A stretch of DNA of 62,575 nt, filler included, from Thermodesulfobacteriota bacterium (GTDB lineage Bacteria > DASVDK01): NCBI GenBank assembly GCA_036381125.1. It is 6 parts of 6 records of this genome, joined end to end, with 100 filler letters (N's around TTAATTAATTAA, not from the genome) between each part and the next. Parts side by side here need not be neighbours in the genome. Positions count along the whole stretch, not along the records: positions 18,571 to 36,798 come from DASVDK010000162.1; positions 36,899 to 55,243 come from DASVDK010000163.1; 4 more parts are not named here. One strand, given 5' to 3'. The notes under the pieces are model-generated. The model searched no databases. It was not told the DNA's origin and saw nothing but the letters and a program-made list of their open reading frames with translations. Both the position numbers and the translations under genes were made by a program. Shown piece by piece: positions 30,666-40,845 of this stretch. Every line of letters starts with the position of its first letter. The stretch's first letter is position 1.

Positions 30666-32465
30666 TTAGCCGCCCTGCGGGGCGCCGGCGCCGACGTCGA
30701 GCCCGACGGCGCGCATCAGCTCGAGGGCGTTGCTGCGCGTCACGACACCGGGCCGGAGCCGGTAGTCGAAGTGCAGCCGGCCCGCCTCGAGGCGATCCTC
30801 GAAGTGGACGTTGGCGGCCGCGTCGCCGAGGCTCGCGATCGCGTCGGCGAGCGCGAGGTCGTGCGTCGTGACGAGCCCGATGGCTCCCTTCTCGACGAGG
30901 CCGCGGATCACCGACTCGGCGCCCACCGTGCGGTCGGCCGAGTTCGTGCCGCCGAGGATCTCGTCGAGGAGGAAGAGGAGCGGCGTCGGCCCGGAGGCGA
31001 GGTCGACGAGCTGTCTGAGGCGCGTGATCTCCGCGTAGAAGCGGGAGACGCCGGTCTCGAGGGAGTCCTGCACCCGGAGCGTGGCGCCGACGGCGAGCGG
31101 CGACAGGCGCAGCGCGCGCGCCCGGACCGGCGCGCCGGCCAGCGCGAGCACCACGTTGGTCCCCACGGTGCGAAGGAGCGTGCTCTTGCCCGACATGTTC
31201 GAGCCGCTCACCATGAGGACGCGCAGGCGCCCGCCGAGCCGCACGTCGTTGGGCACGGCCCGCCGCACGTCGATCAGCGGGTGCGCGAGCCCCTCGCCGT
31301 CGAGGAGCGGGCCGGCCTCGACGACCTCCGGGAAGGGATCGCGCGGATGCTCGTACGCGTAGGCGGCAAGGGCGGCGAGCGCCTCGAGCTCGCCGACGGC
31401 AGCCAGCCAGCCGCCCACCGCCCTCCCCCACCGCTGACGCCAGGCCTCGATGGCCAGCGCGAAGTGGACCGGCCACATGAGGACGAGTGCGATCGGCGCG
31501 AAGAGCTGGTTGCGCCGGGCGTCGAGCCACTGGACCAGTCGCGCGAGCTGCCGGATGCGGGCGGCGGCAGAGGCCGGCGCGAGCCGCGAACGGAGCTCGG
31601 CCAGACGAGGGCTCTCCGCCGGCTCCCGCTGGAACCGCTCGACGACCCTCGCCAGCACGGCCAGCTCGGCCGCGGCACGGTCGATCGTCGAGGTCACGCG
31701 GCCGACCCGGTCACGCCAGGCGTGGGTCACGGCCAGCTCGGCGCCGACGGCCGCGAGGAAGGGGGCGAGCGGGGCGTCGAGGAAGGCCCACGCGAGGAGG
31801 GCCGCAAGCGCGAAGGCCGACAGCAGCAGCGCCGCCAGTCGGGCGCCCCGCCCCGGCAGATCGGCCGGCGCGGCGCCCCAGGCTGCGAGCCGCTCGGGGT
31901 CGACCGCGGCTCGCACGCCGCCGGCCAGGACCTCGAGGTCCTCCCGCAGGTCGACGCGCGGCCTGAGCTCGGCGACGGCCGCCTGCCGGGCTCGCACCTC
32001 CTCGGCGCCGGCCGGGGCAAGGAGCCAGGCGGCGAGCGTCGCCTCGCCCGCGCGGGTGCGCGCCGTGCAGAGGAGCTCGAAGAGGGAGCCTCGGCCGAAG
32101 AGGTCGAGATCGGCCGCGTACGGGTGCGCGGCGTCCGCGAAGTCCGTGCGCGTCACGCCGGTCCCGGCGAAGCGGCCGTCGACGCGCGCAAGCCCCCGCT
32201 CGTAGTGGCGGCATCCCGCCTCGACGCACGCCCGCCCGGCAAGGAGCCGGCCGTGGACGACGACGAGGGCGAGGAAGCCCGCGGCCGGCAGCCACACCCA
32301 GCCCCAGTCGACCACCCCTCGCGCGGCGGCGATCGCCAGCGCGGTGCCGGCCACGAAGACGACGAGCCGGAGGTGCGCAATGGCGGCGTCGCGCCGATCG
32401 GCGGCCGCCAGTTCGGCCCGGCGCTCCGCGAGGCGGCGCTCGTAGGTGTCGCGGGGCCCGGACAT
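30666..32465 (-). CDS. Membrane-anchored MutS-related ATPase (domain V only)
   Basis: Two TM pairs; HPYA.DLDLFG..SLF; HPLI, SGSNMSGKST.LR, DSL..GVSRFYAEI.RL, LDEILGGTNS.DR, TTHDL. No mismatch-binding domain I. Confidence 0.9.
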   Translation of the reverse strand: MSGPRDTYERRLAERRAELAAADRRDAAIAHLRLVVFVAGTALAIAAARGVVDWGWVWLPAAGFLALVVVHGRLLAGRACVEAGCRHYERGLARVDGRFAGTGVTRTDFADAAHPYAADLDLFGRGSLFELLCTARTRAGEATLAAWLLAPAGAEEVRARQAAVAELRPRVDLREDLEVLAGGVRAAVDPERLAAWGAAPADLPGRGARLAALLLSAFALAALLAWAFLDAPLAPFLAAVGAELAVTHAWRDRVGRVTSTIDRAAAELAVLARVVERFQREPAESPRLAELRSRLAPASAAARIRQLARLVQWLDARRNQLFAPIALVLMWPVHFALAIEAWRQRWGRAVGGWLAAVGELEALAALAAYAYEHPRDPFPEVVEAGPLLDGEGLAHPLIDVRRAVPNDVRLGGRLRVLMVSGSNMSGKSTLLRTVGTNVVLALAGAPVRARALRLSPLAVGATLRVQDSLETGVSRFYAEITRLRQLVDLASGPTPLLFLLDEILGGTNSADRTVGAESVIRGLVEKGAIGLVTTHDLALADAIASLGDAAANVHFEDRLEAGRLHFDYRLRPGVVTRSNALELMRAVGLDVGAGAPQGG

Positions 32466-32547
32466 GGCCCCCGAGCGTAGCGCACGCCGCCCACGAGTGT
32501 GCTATCAGGAATGGGACACCGTTCAGAGGCATTCCAAGGAGCCGTCC

Positions 32548-33522
32548 ATGCCCATGCAGGCGATCCGCGTCCATACGCCCGGAGGGCCCGAGGCCCTCGT
32601 CCACGAGTCCGTCGAGCGCCCGACCCCGAAGGCCGGCGAGGCGCTCGTCCGCCTCGAGGCCATCGGCATCAACTACGTCGACATCTACTACCGCTCGGGC
32701 GCCTACCCCCTGCCCACGCCGTTCACGCTGGGAAACGAGGGCGCCGGCGTGGTCGAGGCGGTCGGCGAGGGGGTCACCGAGGTCAAGCCGGGCGACCGCG
32801 TGGCGTGGGCGATGCGGCTCGGCGCCTATGCGGAGTACGCGGTGGTCGAGAGCTGGAAGCTCGTGCCGCTGCCGGCCGGCGTCACGGCGCAGCAAGGCGC
32901 CGCCATCATGCTGCAGGGGATGACGGCGCACTACCTGACCCACAGCACCTACCCGCTCGAGCCGGGCGACACCTGCCTCGTCCACGCCGCGGCCGGCGGG
33001 GTGGGCCTCCTCCTCTGCCAGATGGCGAAGAAGCGGGGCGCGCACGTCATCGGCACCGTCTCCACCGAGGCCAAGGCGAAGCTCGCGCGCGAGGCGGGGG
33101 CCGACGAGGTCATCCTCTACACGCAGAAGGACTTCGTCGAGGAGACGAAGCGGATCATGGGGGGCAAGAAGCTCGACGTGGTCTACGACTCGGTCGGCAA
33201 GGACACCTTCGACAAGGGGCTCACGCTGCTCAGACCGCGCGGGCTGATGGCGCTCTACGGGCAGTCGAGCGGCAAGGTCCCGCCCTTCGACCTGCAGACG
33301 CTCAACAACCTCGGCTCGCTCTTCGTCACGCGGCCGACCCTCCGCGACCACATGCAGACCCGCGAGGAGCTGCTCGGCCGCACGCGCGACCTCTTCGGCT
33401 GGCTCGAGAAGGGGGAGCTGTCGCTCCGGATCGAGCGGACCTACCCGCTGGCCGAGGCGCGCCGCGCGCACGAGGACCTCACCGGCCGCAAGACGACCGG
33501 CAAGCTGCTCCTCTTGCCCTGA
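32548..33522 (+). CDS. qor: NADPH:quinone oxidoreductase (MDR family)
   Basis: AAGGAG RBS; GINYVDIYYRSG.Y, LQGMTAHYL, HAAAGGVG, YDSVGKDTF, RKTTGK. Confidence 0.92.
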   Translation: MPMQAIRVHTPGGPEALVHESVERPTPKAGEALVRLEAIGINYVDIYYRSGAYPLPTPFTLGNEGAGVVEAVGEGVTEVKPGDRVAWAMRLGAYAEYAVVESWKLVPLPAGVTAQQGAAIMLQGMTAHYLTHSTYPLEPGDTCLVHAAAGGVGLLLCQMAKKRGAHVIGTVSTEAKAKLAREAGADEVILYTQKDFVEETKRIMGGKKLDVVYDSVGKDTFDKGLTLLRPRGLMALYGQSSGKVPPFDLQTLNNLGSLFVTRPTLRDHMQTREELLGRTRDLFGWLEKGELSLRIERTYPLAEARRAHEDLTGRKTTGKLLLLP

Positions 33523-33524
33523 CC

Positions 33525-34706
33525 GTGGGAGACCAGGGCCGGCTCCTCGGCCTCATCTGGGTCTCGGCGATCAGCTGCCGCGCCCCGATCCTCGGCGTCG
33601 GGCCGGTGCTGCCCCGGATCATCGAGGACCTGGCCCTCTCGCACACCGCGGCGGGCCTGCTCTTCGCGCTGCCGGTCCTCATGATGGGGCTGGTCAGCGT
33701 CCTCGGCGGGATCGTGGCCGACCGGGTCGGCGCGGCGCGCGTGATCGGCGCGGGACTCCTCGCGGTCGCCGGGGCCAGCGCGCTCAGGGCCGCGGGGAGC
33801 GTCGGGGCGCTCTTCGGCGGCACGGCGCTCCTCGGCGGGGCGATCGGCGCGACCCAGGCGGCGCTCCCGCGGATCGTGCGGGAGCGCTTCGCGGCGCGGA
33901 TCGGCCTCGCGACGGCGGTCTACTCGTCCGGCTTCACGGTGGGCTCGCTCCTCGCCGTGACCCTGACGAACGCCTGGCTCGTCCCGCTGACCGGCGGGTG
34001 GAGCGGCACCTTCCTGGTGTGGGCGGCCGTGTCCGCGGTGCCGGTGCTGTTCTGGCGGCCCTACGCCGCGGCGGCGCCACGGGGCACCGCCGCGTTCGAC
34101 GCCGCCGCCTTCGGCGCCGTCCTCAAGGACGGCCTCCTCTGGCGCATCGCCCTCGTCCAGACCATGAACAGCGCCGCGTTCTACGGCACCAGCGCGTGGC
34201 TCACGGCCTACTTCGAGCACCTCGGCTGGCCGCCGGCGGACGCCGCCTGGCCGCTCGCGGTCTTCACCGCGGCCGGAGCCCTGGCCGGCTTCCTGGCACC
34301 GGTCGTCTCCGACCGCATCCGCGCGCGCCGGGGGCTCCTCGTCGGCACCTGCGCCCTCAGCGTGGTCGGCCTGACCGGGTTCCTCCTCGCGCCGGCCGGG
34401 CTCGTCTGGTCGTCCAGCGTCGCATACGGCGTGGGCCTCTTCGCCAGCTACACGATCAACCTCACGCTGCCGGTCGACGTGAGCCCGCCGGCCCGGGTCG
34501 GCGCCGCGACCGGGGTGGTCTTCTCCGTCGGGCACGGCGGCGGGCTCTTCGGGCCGTTCCTCGTGGGGCTCCTCAAGGACTGGACGGGGCGCTTCGAGTC
34601 GGGCCTGCTGGCGCTTCTCGCGATGGTCCTGGTGATGACCGCCGTGTCGTTCTCGGTGCCCGAGACGTACGGCGGCCGGGCGCGCGGAACCCCGGGCGCG
34701 GGGTAG
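33525..34706 (+). CDS. MFS transporter (CynX-like)
   Basis: Twelve TM helices; R..I.GVGPVLP.I..DL.LS; G..ADR.G. Confidence 0.85.
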   Translation: MGDQGRLLGLIWVSAISCRAPILGVGPVLPRIIEDLALSHTAAGLLFALPVLMMGLVSVLGGIVADRVGAARVIGAGLLAVAGASALRAAGSVGALFGGTALLGGAIGATQAALPRIVRERFAARIGLATAVYSSGFTVGSLLAVTLTNAWLVPLTGGWSGTFLVWAAVSAVPVLFWRPYAAAAPRGTAAFDAAAFGAVLKDGLLWRIALVQTMNSAAFYGTSAWLTAYFEHLGWPPADAAWPLAVFTAAGALAGFLAPVVSDRIRARRGLLVGTCALSVVGLTGFLLAPAGLVWSSSVAYGVGLFASYTINLTLPVDVSPPARVGAATGVVFSVGHGGGLFGPFLVGLLKDWTGRFESGLLALLAMVLVMTAVSFSVPETYGGRARGTPGAG

Positions 34707-34850
34707 GAACCACCGTAAGCGGGCCGGGTCGGGTCCAGGCGTGGCCCTCTGGACGCTACGGCGAGGCCCGAGCCCGCGGCGGCGGGCCGCGACGCCGCGT
34801 CCCCCGCTCGCACGATGCCGGGCAGTCGAGAAGGCAGAGACCCGCCCCCG

Positions 34851-35582
34851 TCAGCCGCCTGCTCCGGAGGGACGGGTGCCGGCCGAGCTGGGGCGGCCTG
34901 CCTCGCGGCGGATCCGTTCGAGTTCGCGCCGGATCCGTTCGAGACGGCGGTCGCGCTCCGCCCTGACCGCGGGCGCCGAAGGGGCGGGCCGTGCGGAGGC
35001 CGGCTGCGTACGGGCGGCCGGGGTGTCAGCGGCTCTCGGCCGGGGAGTCGCCGAGCGGCGGGGTGTGGCCACGCGCGGCGTCTCGGCCGTTCGCGGCGCG
35101 ACAGTGGGGGCGGGCGCGGCAGCGCGTGGGGGCGCCGGGCTCGCGGCCGGCGCGGCGGCCTCGTCCCGCGAGGGAGCGGCGTCGGGGGCGCCGCCCTCGG
35201 GCTCGGTGGGATCGGTCGGCGCCGCGCGCGCCGCGGCGGTCGACCCGCCCACGGTGACCGGCTCCTGCCGGCTGGCCGACTTCCGCGACTGGCGGTAGGC
35301 GTAGGACCAGAAGGGCAGGGCCTCTATGAGCACCTGACCGGCCGGGCCCTTCTCGAAGCCGGGGACCTCCGGCGAGTTGAAGAACGGCTCCCCCTCTGCG
35401 CGCCAGACGAGCGCCGTGCGTCCCGGCGCCCCGTCGCCCGGCGGCGTGACGTAGACCCCGCCGAACCAGTGCCCGAGACCGAGCAGGACGAGGAGGCCGA
35501 ACACGACGTACGGCCAGGTGCGACGCCGGCGCGGGCGGAACCGCGGCCGCATCGGTCGCAGGACGAGTTCTGCCAAGCGCAC
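34851..35582 (-). CDS. Hypothetical membrane-anchored protein with a Pro/Ala-rich tail
   Basis: One TM helix (WPYVVFGLLVLLGLG), a short globular segment, a low-complexity linker and a terminal helix; TATGAT upstream. Start uncertain. Confidence 0.6.
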   Translation of the reverse strand: MRLAELVLRPMRPRFRPRRRRTWPYVVFGLLVLLGLGHWFGGVYVTPPGDGAPGRTALVWRAEGEPFFNSPEVPGFEKGPAGQVLIEALPFWSYAYRQSRKSASRQEPVTVGGSTAAARAAPTDPTEPEGGAPDAAPSRDEAAAPAASPAPPRAAAPAPTVAPRTAETPRVATPRRSATPRPRAADTPAARTQPASARPAPSAPAVRAERDRRLERIRRELERIRREAGRPSSAGTRPSGAGG

Positions 35583-35721
35583 CCCCGGTGAATCGCATCA
35601 CACCCGCGGGGCTGCGCCCCGCGGAAGGGCGCATCATAGCGAGCAGGGACCGGCTGTCCATACCATTCAGCCCTCGAACGCGCACCCGCCGCGGACCGGC
35701 TCGCTCTCGGCGTGGCCGCAC

Positions 35722-36531
35722 TCACCGCGCCCCGAGTTCGGCCAGGCGCGCTTCGGCCTGCCGCCTGAGCCGCGCGTCGCGCTCCGTGGCGACGGGCAGG
35801 GCGAGGACCTTCTCGAGCGCCGCCCGCTCCTCGTCGCGTCGGTCCATGATCCGATAGGTTCGGGCCAGCTCGTACGTCGCGAAGAGGTCGTTCGGGTCGA
35901 GCTCGACGGCCTTGCCGAGTTCCCGGAGCGCGTCCTCGTTGGTCCCGTCGGGCAGGCCGCCGAGCAGCGTCCTGGCGAGCATCTTGGTGAAGGGGTTCGC
36001 GTTGGCGACCTCGCGGTAGTAGATGCCGAGAACGGCGTGCGGCCGGCCGTCCGTCGGATCGAGGGCGATGGCGGCCTTCGCCTCCTTCTCGATCTCGCGC
36101 GAGAGGCGGACCTTCTCGCGGGCGCCGCGATAGAGCGCGAGCTGCCCGCTCGTGCTCGCCACGAGGTAGTGCGCCTCGGCCCGGTCGGGGAAGTGGGCGA
36201 GGAGCGCCTTCGCGCGGGCGGACGCCCGCTCGAAGTACCCCTCGGCCGCCTCGTCCCCCCTCGCCTTGAGCGCGTCGCCCGCGTCGCGCAGCGCGAAGGC
36301 GGCCTTCGACACCGCGTCGTAGCTCTCCGGCGCCAGCTCGGCCGCCTGCTCGTACGAGGCCGCAGCCGCCACCGGGTCGAACCGCCGCATGGCGGCGTCG
36401 CCCGCCTCGAGCAGGGCGGCCACGTCCGGGCTGCCGTCCGCCGGAGCCGGCGCGCCGGACTCCGCCGGCCGGGCGACCGCCGGCGCGCCGAGGCACGCCG
36501 CGAGCGCCGCTGCCGCAAGAAACCGTCTCAT
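35722..36531 (-). CDS. Exported TPR protein, RMDN (regulator of microtubule dynamics)-like
   Basis: Signal peptide; TPR motifs 'AAELAP', 'AIALDP', 'AVELDP'; ATGA overlap with the malQ stop. Confidence 0.8.
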   Translation of the reverse strand: MRRFLAAAALAACLGAPAVARPAESGAPAPADGSPDVAALLEAGDAAMRRFDPVAAAASYEQAAELAPESYDAVSKAAFALRDAGDALKARGDEAAEGYFERASARAKALLAHFPDRAEAHYLVASTSGQLALYRGAREKVRLSREIEKEAKAAIALDPTDGRPHAVLGIYYREVANANPFTKMLARTLLGGLPDGTNEDALRELGKAVELDPNDLFATYELARTYRIMDRRDEERAALEKVLALPVATERDARLRRQAEARLAELGAR

Positions 36532-36798
36532 CCCCTGTCCCCCCCCTTGCCTGCGATGCGCCCGTGCCGGGCCGACAGCCGCGCGAGCGCGTCGGTGCGG
36601 ATCCTGAGCCCCTCCTCGCCGAGCAGGTCGGCGGCGCTCCAGGGCAGCCGGTAGGACCAGTTCTGCGGCCCGATCGTCCCGGGCACGTTGATCCGCTCGC
36701 GGAAGCCGAAGAGGTCCTGCACCGGCGGGATCACGAGGCGGGACCCGGCGCCGTAGAGCGTATCGAGGAGCGTCTCGTGGACGAGCGGCGTGAAGGCG
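36528..36798 (-). CDS. malQ: 4-alpha-glucanotransferase, C-terminal fragment
   Basis: VIPPVQDLFG..ERINVPGT....NWSYRLP, the GH77 C-terminal motif. Confidence 0.85.
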
Positions 36799-36898
36799 NN
36801 NNNNNNNNNNNNNNNNNNNNNNNNNNNNNNNNNNNNNNNNNNTTAATTAATTAANNNNNNNNNNNNNNNNNNNNNNNNNNNNNNNNNNNNNNNNNNNN
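36799..36898. other. Artificial contig spacer
   Basis: N-run with TTAATTAATTAA. Confidence 0.99.
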
Positions 36899-37697
36899 CT
36901 ACCGCGACAAGGCCGCCTTCGACGTGATCGTTCAGTCGATGGCCGGCCTCATGAGCGTTACGGGCTTTCCCGGCGGGGAACCGGCGCGGGCCGGAATCTC
37001 GGTGGGGGACGTCGTGGCCGGACTCTATGCGGTACAGGCAATCTCCACGGCCCTCTACCAGCGGGAGAGGACCGGCCGAGGGTGCAGCATCGACGTGAGC
37101 ATGTTCGACTGCCTCTTCAGCTTCCTCACCTACTACCTGACGCTCTACCAGGCGACGGGCGAGGTGCCGGGACCGCAGGGCTCGGGACACCCGACGATGG
37201 TGCCGGGTGGGGCCTTCCCTACCAGCGACGGGTACGTCACCATCGCGGCCTTCAACCAGGGCTTCTGGAAGGAGTTCTGCCAGGCGGCCGGGCATCCGGA
37301 GTGGATCGAGGACCCGAAGTTCGCGACGCCTCGCGATCGGATGCGCAACCGTGATGAGCTGATCCGTTTGATCAGCGCCGTCACACGGCAGCGCAGCACG
37401 AGTCAATGGATCCACGCGCTCTCCGAGCGCGACATCCCGCACGGGCCGGTGTGGAACGTCGCCCAGGCGATGGCGAGCGACCAGGCCGTGGCGCGCTCCC
37501 TCATGGTGTCATTCCGTCATCCGGTGGCCGGAGACGTCCGCGTCGCGAACTATCCCGTGAAGATCTCCGAGGTGGAGACCGGGGTCCGGATGGCGCCACC
37601 CGCCCTCTGTCAGGACACCGATGCCGTCCTCAAGGACGTCCTCGGCCTGTCCGACCGCGACCTCGAGCGACTGAGGCAGGAGAAGGCCATCGGCTGA
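36899..37697 (+). CDS. CaiB/BaiF family III CoA-transferase (5'-partial)
   Basis: AFDVIVQSMAGLMSVTG, GD..AG, ALYQRERTGRG..IDVSMFD, P.L..DTD.VL. Confidence 0.92.
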
Positions 37698-37722
37698 GTG
37701 GTGGCCCGGGAGGGGCAATCCC

Positions 37723-39663
37723 ATGGACGCGTCCTCGACGAGAACCGAGCACCGGGCGCAGCGGCTCATCGGGCTCGCGCTCGCCATCCTGGTCGCCGGC
37801 CAGGCTTCCAGCCTCTATCACCTGACCACCATCCGCTACGACGCCGTCTTCCTCGCAATCGCGTTCACGCCCTTGCTCCTCGGCCAGGGAAGCCCGCCAT
37901 CGTCCCGTGCCGCCCTCCTGCTCGGTCGATTCGTCTGGCTCCCGCTCCTCCTCGTCACCTGCAGCTACACCGCCGTCCACGCACCGCGTCTGACGAACGT
38001 CATGACCGATCTCACGACGGTCGACTACGCGATGGGCGCGCTCTTCGCGCTGGTGAGCCTGGAGGTCGTCCGTCGCGTACTTGGCCGCAGCTTCCTCGTC
38101 ATCCTGGCAGTCTTCGGCGCATACCTGTACCTGCAGCCGCACATCCCGGGCACGTTCGGCGGCCCGGGGACGACGCTGCCCAACCTCGTGGCGCGCCTCT
38201 ACCTCGGGACGAGCGGCCTCTGGGGCACCGTCACCAGCATCTCGGTGCTCCTGGTCGCGGCCTTCATCCTGTTCGGTGACATCTTCCTCATCTCCGGGGC
38301 AGGCCGCCCGCTCTTCTCGTTCGTATTCCTGGCCACCCGTCGGATGCCCGCAGGCATGGCGAAGGGGGCGCTCGTCATCAGCGGCCTCTTCGGGATGCTG
38401 AACGGCAGTTCCGCGGCGAACGCCGCGACGACGGGTGCCTTCACGATCCCCATGATGAAGCGCGCCGGATATCCGGCGCCGTTCGCCGCGGCTGTCGAGG
38501 CGGTGGCCTCGACCGGCGGGCAGATCGTGCCGCCGGTCATGGGGGCCGGCGCATTCATCATCGCCGAGTTCCTCGGCATCTCGTACGCCACGATCATGGC
38601 GGCGGCGATCGTGCCGGCGCTGGCCTACTACTTGCTGGCGTTCTTCCTGATCCACGGGTTCGCGGGGCGCATGGGGGTCGAGCAACGCGGTGCCGCGGTC
38701 CTCGACGACGTGCCCGAAGCCGCGGACATGGCGGACCTCGGGTCCAGACCGCGACCGATCGAGCTCCTGCGGGTCGTGCTCCCGCTGGCCGTGCTCACCT
38801 ACCTCCTCCTCGAGGGGCGATCACCCCAGAACGCCGCCTTCTGGGGCGTCGTCGCGACGATCATCGTCTACGCCGCGCTCGAGTGGCGGAGCGTTGCGGG
38901 GGCCAGGGAGGGCGTGGCACGAATCGCGTCGGCGTCGGCCGCTGCGGCACCCGGCCTGGCCGGGCTGGCAGCGCTCGGGCTCGCCTCGCAGTTCCTCGTG
39001 GTGCTGATCGGGGTGTCGGGCTTCGGGCCCAAAATCACGAATCTCGTGGTCAACGCCACGTCGGGATCGCTCCTGGTCGCGCTGATCCTCACCGGGCTCG
39101 TCACGACGGTGCTCGGGATGGGCGTCGCCACGACGGCCGACTTCGTCATCGCGTCCGCGGTCATGGGGCCCGCACTCCTCACCATGGGGCTCGATCCACT
39201 CGCGATGTACCTCTTCATCTTCTTCTTTGCCTGCTCGTCATCCCTGACGCCGCCGGTCTGCGCCGCCGTCTACGTGGCGAGCGGGATCGCCGGAACGCAC
39301 TGGTGGCCGACGGGGATTAGGGCATGCCTGCTCGGCGGCGCGATCTTCATCCTCCCTTTCCTCTTCGCGTACTATCCGTACCTGCTCGCCGGGCCGGTGG
39401 ACGGCACGTTCGTCGCGCGAGTCGTCGCGATGGCGGCGGGGATCTACGCGTTCGCGCAGGCCGTCACCGGGTGGGCGTCGCAGCGGATCGGCGCGTGGCG
39501 AAGGGCGACCATGCTCGCCGTGGCCGCGCTGTCGGTCGTGCTGACGTCCACCGTGGCCCTCGTGCTACTGGTCGCCGTCGTCGTCCTGTCCACGGTGGCC
39601 GACATCGTCAGGGAAAGCCAGTCGGGCGCGGCCGTCTCGGAGATCGGGCGTCGCGCGAAATGA
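37723..39663 (+). CDS. TRAP transporter fused permease (4TM/12TM, TAXI type)
   Basis: SGLFGMLNGSSAANAATTG.FTIPMMKR.GY, EAVASTGGQIVPPVMGAGAF, LGMG..TT, LTPPV. Confidence 0.92.
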   Translation: MDASSTRTEHRAQRLIGLALAILVAGQASSLYHLTTIRYDAVFLAIAFTPLLLGQGSPPSSRAALLLGRFVWLPLLLVTCSYTAVHAPRLTNVMTDLTTVDYAMGALFALVSLEVVRRVLGRSFLVILAVFGAYLYLQPHIPGTFGGPGTTLPNLVARLYLGTSGLWGTVTSISVLLVAAFILFGDIFLISGAGRPLFSFVFLATRRMPAGMAKGALVISGLFGMLNGSSAANAATTGAFTIPMMKRAGYPAPFAAAVEAVASTGGQIVPPVMGAGAFIIAEFLGISYATIMAAAIVPALAYYLLAFFLIHGFAGRMGVEQRGAAVLDDVPEAADMADLGSRPRPIELLRVVLPLAVLTYLLLEGRSPQNAAFWGVVATIIVYAALEWRSVAGAREGVARIASASAAAAPGLAGLAALGLASQFLVVLIGVSGFGPKITNLVVNATSGSLLVALILTGLVTTVLGMGVATTADFVIASAVMGPALLTMGLDPLAMYLFIFFFACSSSLTPPVCAAVYVASGIAGTHWWPTGIRACLLGGAIFILPFLFAYYPYLLAGPVDGTFVARVVAMAAGIYAFAQAVTGWASQRIGAWRRATMLAVAALSVVLTSTVALVLLVAVVVLSTVADIVRESQSGAAVSEIGRRAK

Positions 39664-39694
39664 GGACCCCGGGAAGGAAAGGACAGGTGTCTCG

Positions 39695-40768
39695 ATGAGA
39701 CTTCAGCCGATGAGAGGGACCGTGATCGCAGCGCTTCTGTGCCTACTTGCCTGGACGGCCGTCGTGGCGGGGGCGTCGCCCGCCGCCGCGGCCACGTCCT
39801 CCGAGCCGCAATGGGTCCGGCAGCTGGCGTTGGGCTCGACCCAGCAGAGCTCCAGCGCCTATCCGTTTTACGTCGCGCTCGCGAACGTGATCAACAAGAA
39901 CGTGCCGAACACGAACGCGACCGTCCAGGAGACGGGGGCGTCGGTCGACAACATCCGGCAGCTCGCCAGGGGCTCGATCCACCTCGGTCTGGTGACCATG
40001 GACACGGCGTTCCAGGCGTACAATGCGACCGGCGGAGGTCCGTTCAAGGCGGCCGGGCCGCAGCGCGGGTTACGGACCATGTTCATCTACGATATGGGAC
40101 CGCAATACTACGTTGTCCGGGCCGACAGTGGCGTGACGGACCTCGCGCAGCTCACCGGGAAGCGCTGGAGCCCTGGCTTCTCGGGGTCGGCCACGGAAAC
40201 GATCACGAAGCTCCTCTTCCGCGAGCTGAACATCAAGCCCGACTACTACGAAGGGTCGCTAGACGACATCACGAGCGCGATCCAGGACGGGACCATCATC
40301 GGCTACGCAAAGGGGGGCGCGATGCGGGCGCTCGATGCCTCGATCCTGACCGTCTCGACCACCGTCCCGCTGCGGATGCTCGCTTTCTCGCCGAGCCAGG
40401 TGAACGCCCTGCGCGAGAAGCTGCCCTACGTCAACTGGGTGACGATTCCCGAGTCGGTCGTGAAGACCCGGAACATTTCGTCGGACGGCGGCGAGTACCA
40501 GACGTGGGGGGTCGTCACGTCCGTCGCCGCGTGGGACACGCTGGCGCAGGACCAGGCGTACGCGATCGTGAAGGCGGCCGTCGAGCAGAAGGCCGCGCTC
40601 GAGCGGGCCTATCCTCGCACGAAGGCGTTCGATCTCGTGGAGGACACGCTCAAGTACTCGACCGTCCCCCTGCATGCCGGCATGGTGCAGTACCTCGCCG
40701 AGCGGGGCGTCGAAGTGCCGAAGGCGCTGGTCCCGCCCGAGTACAGACCGGTCCGGAAGGGGAACTAG
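39695..40768 (+). CDS. TAXI-family TRAP solute-binding protein
   Basis: Signal peptide; ETGASVDNI, G..GSATE, VPLH.G...Y..E.G. Confidence 0.92.
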   Translation: MRLQPMRGTVIAALLCLLAWTAVVAGASPAAAATSSEPQWVRQLALGSTQQSSSAYPFYVALANVINKNVPNTNATVQETGASVDNIRQLARGSIHLGLVTMDTAFQAYNATGGGPFKAAGPQRGLRTMFIYDMGPQYYVVRADSGVTDLAQLTGKRWSPGFSGSATETITKLLFRELNIKPDYYEGSLDDITSAIQDGTIIGYAKGGAMRALDASILTVSTTVPLRMLAFSPSQVNALREKLPYVNWVTIPESVVKTRNISSDGGEYQTWGVVTSVAAWDTLAQDQAYAIVKAAVEQKAALERAYPRTKAFDLVEDTLKYSTVPLHAGMVQYLAERGVEVPKALVPPEYRPVRKGN

Positions 40769-40845
40769 GGAAGGCCGCGGCCGCGGGCGGACCAGCGAGC
40801 CCGCCCGCGGCCGGCGCGCCGCGCGAGCCGAGTGGAGGTGCAAGC

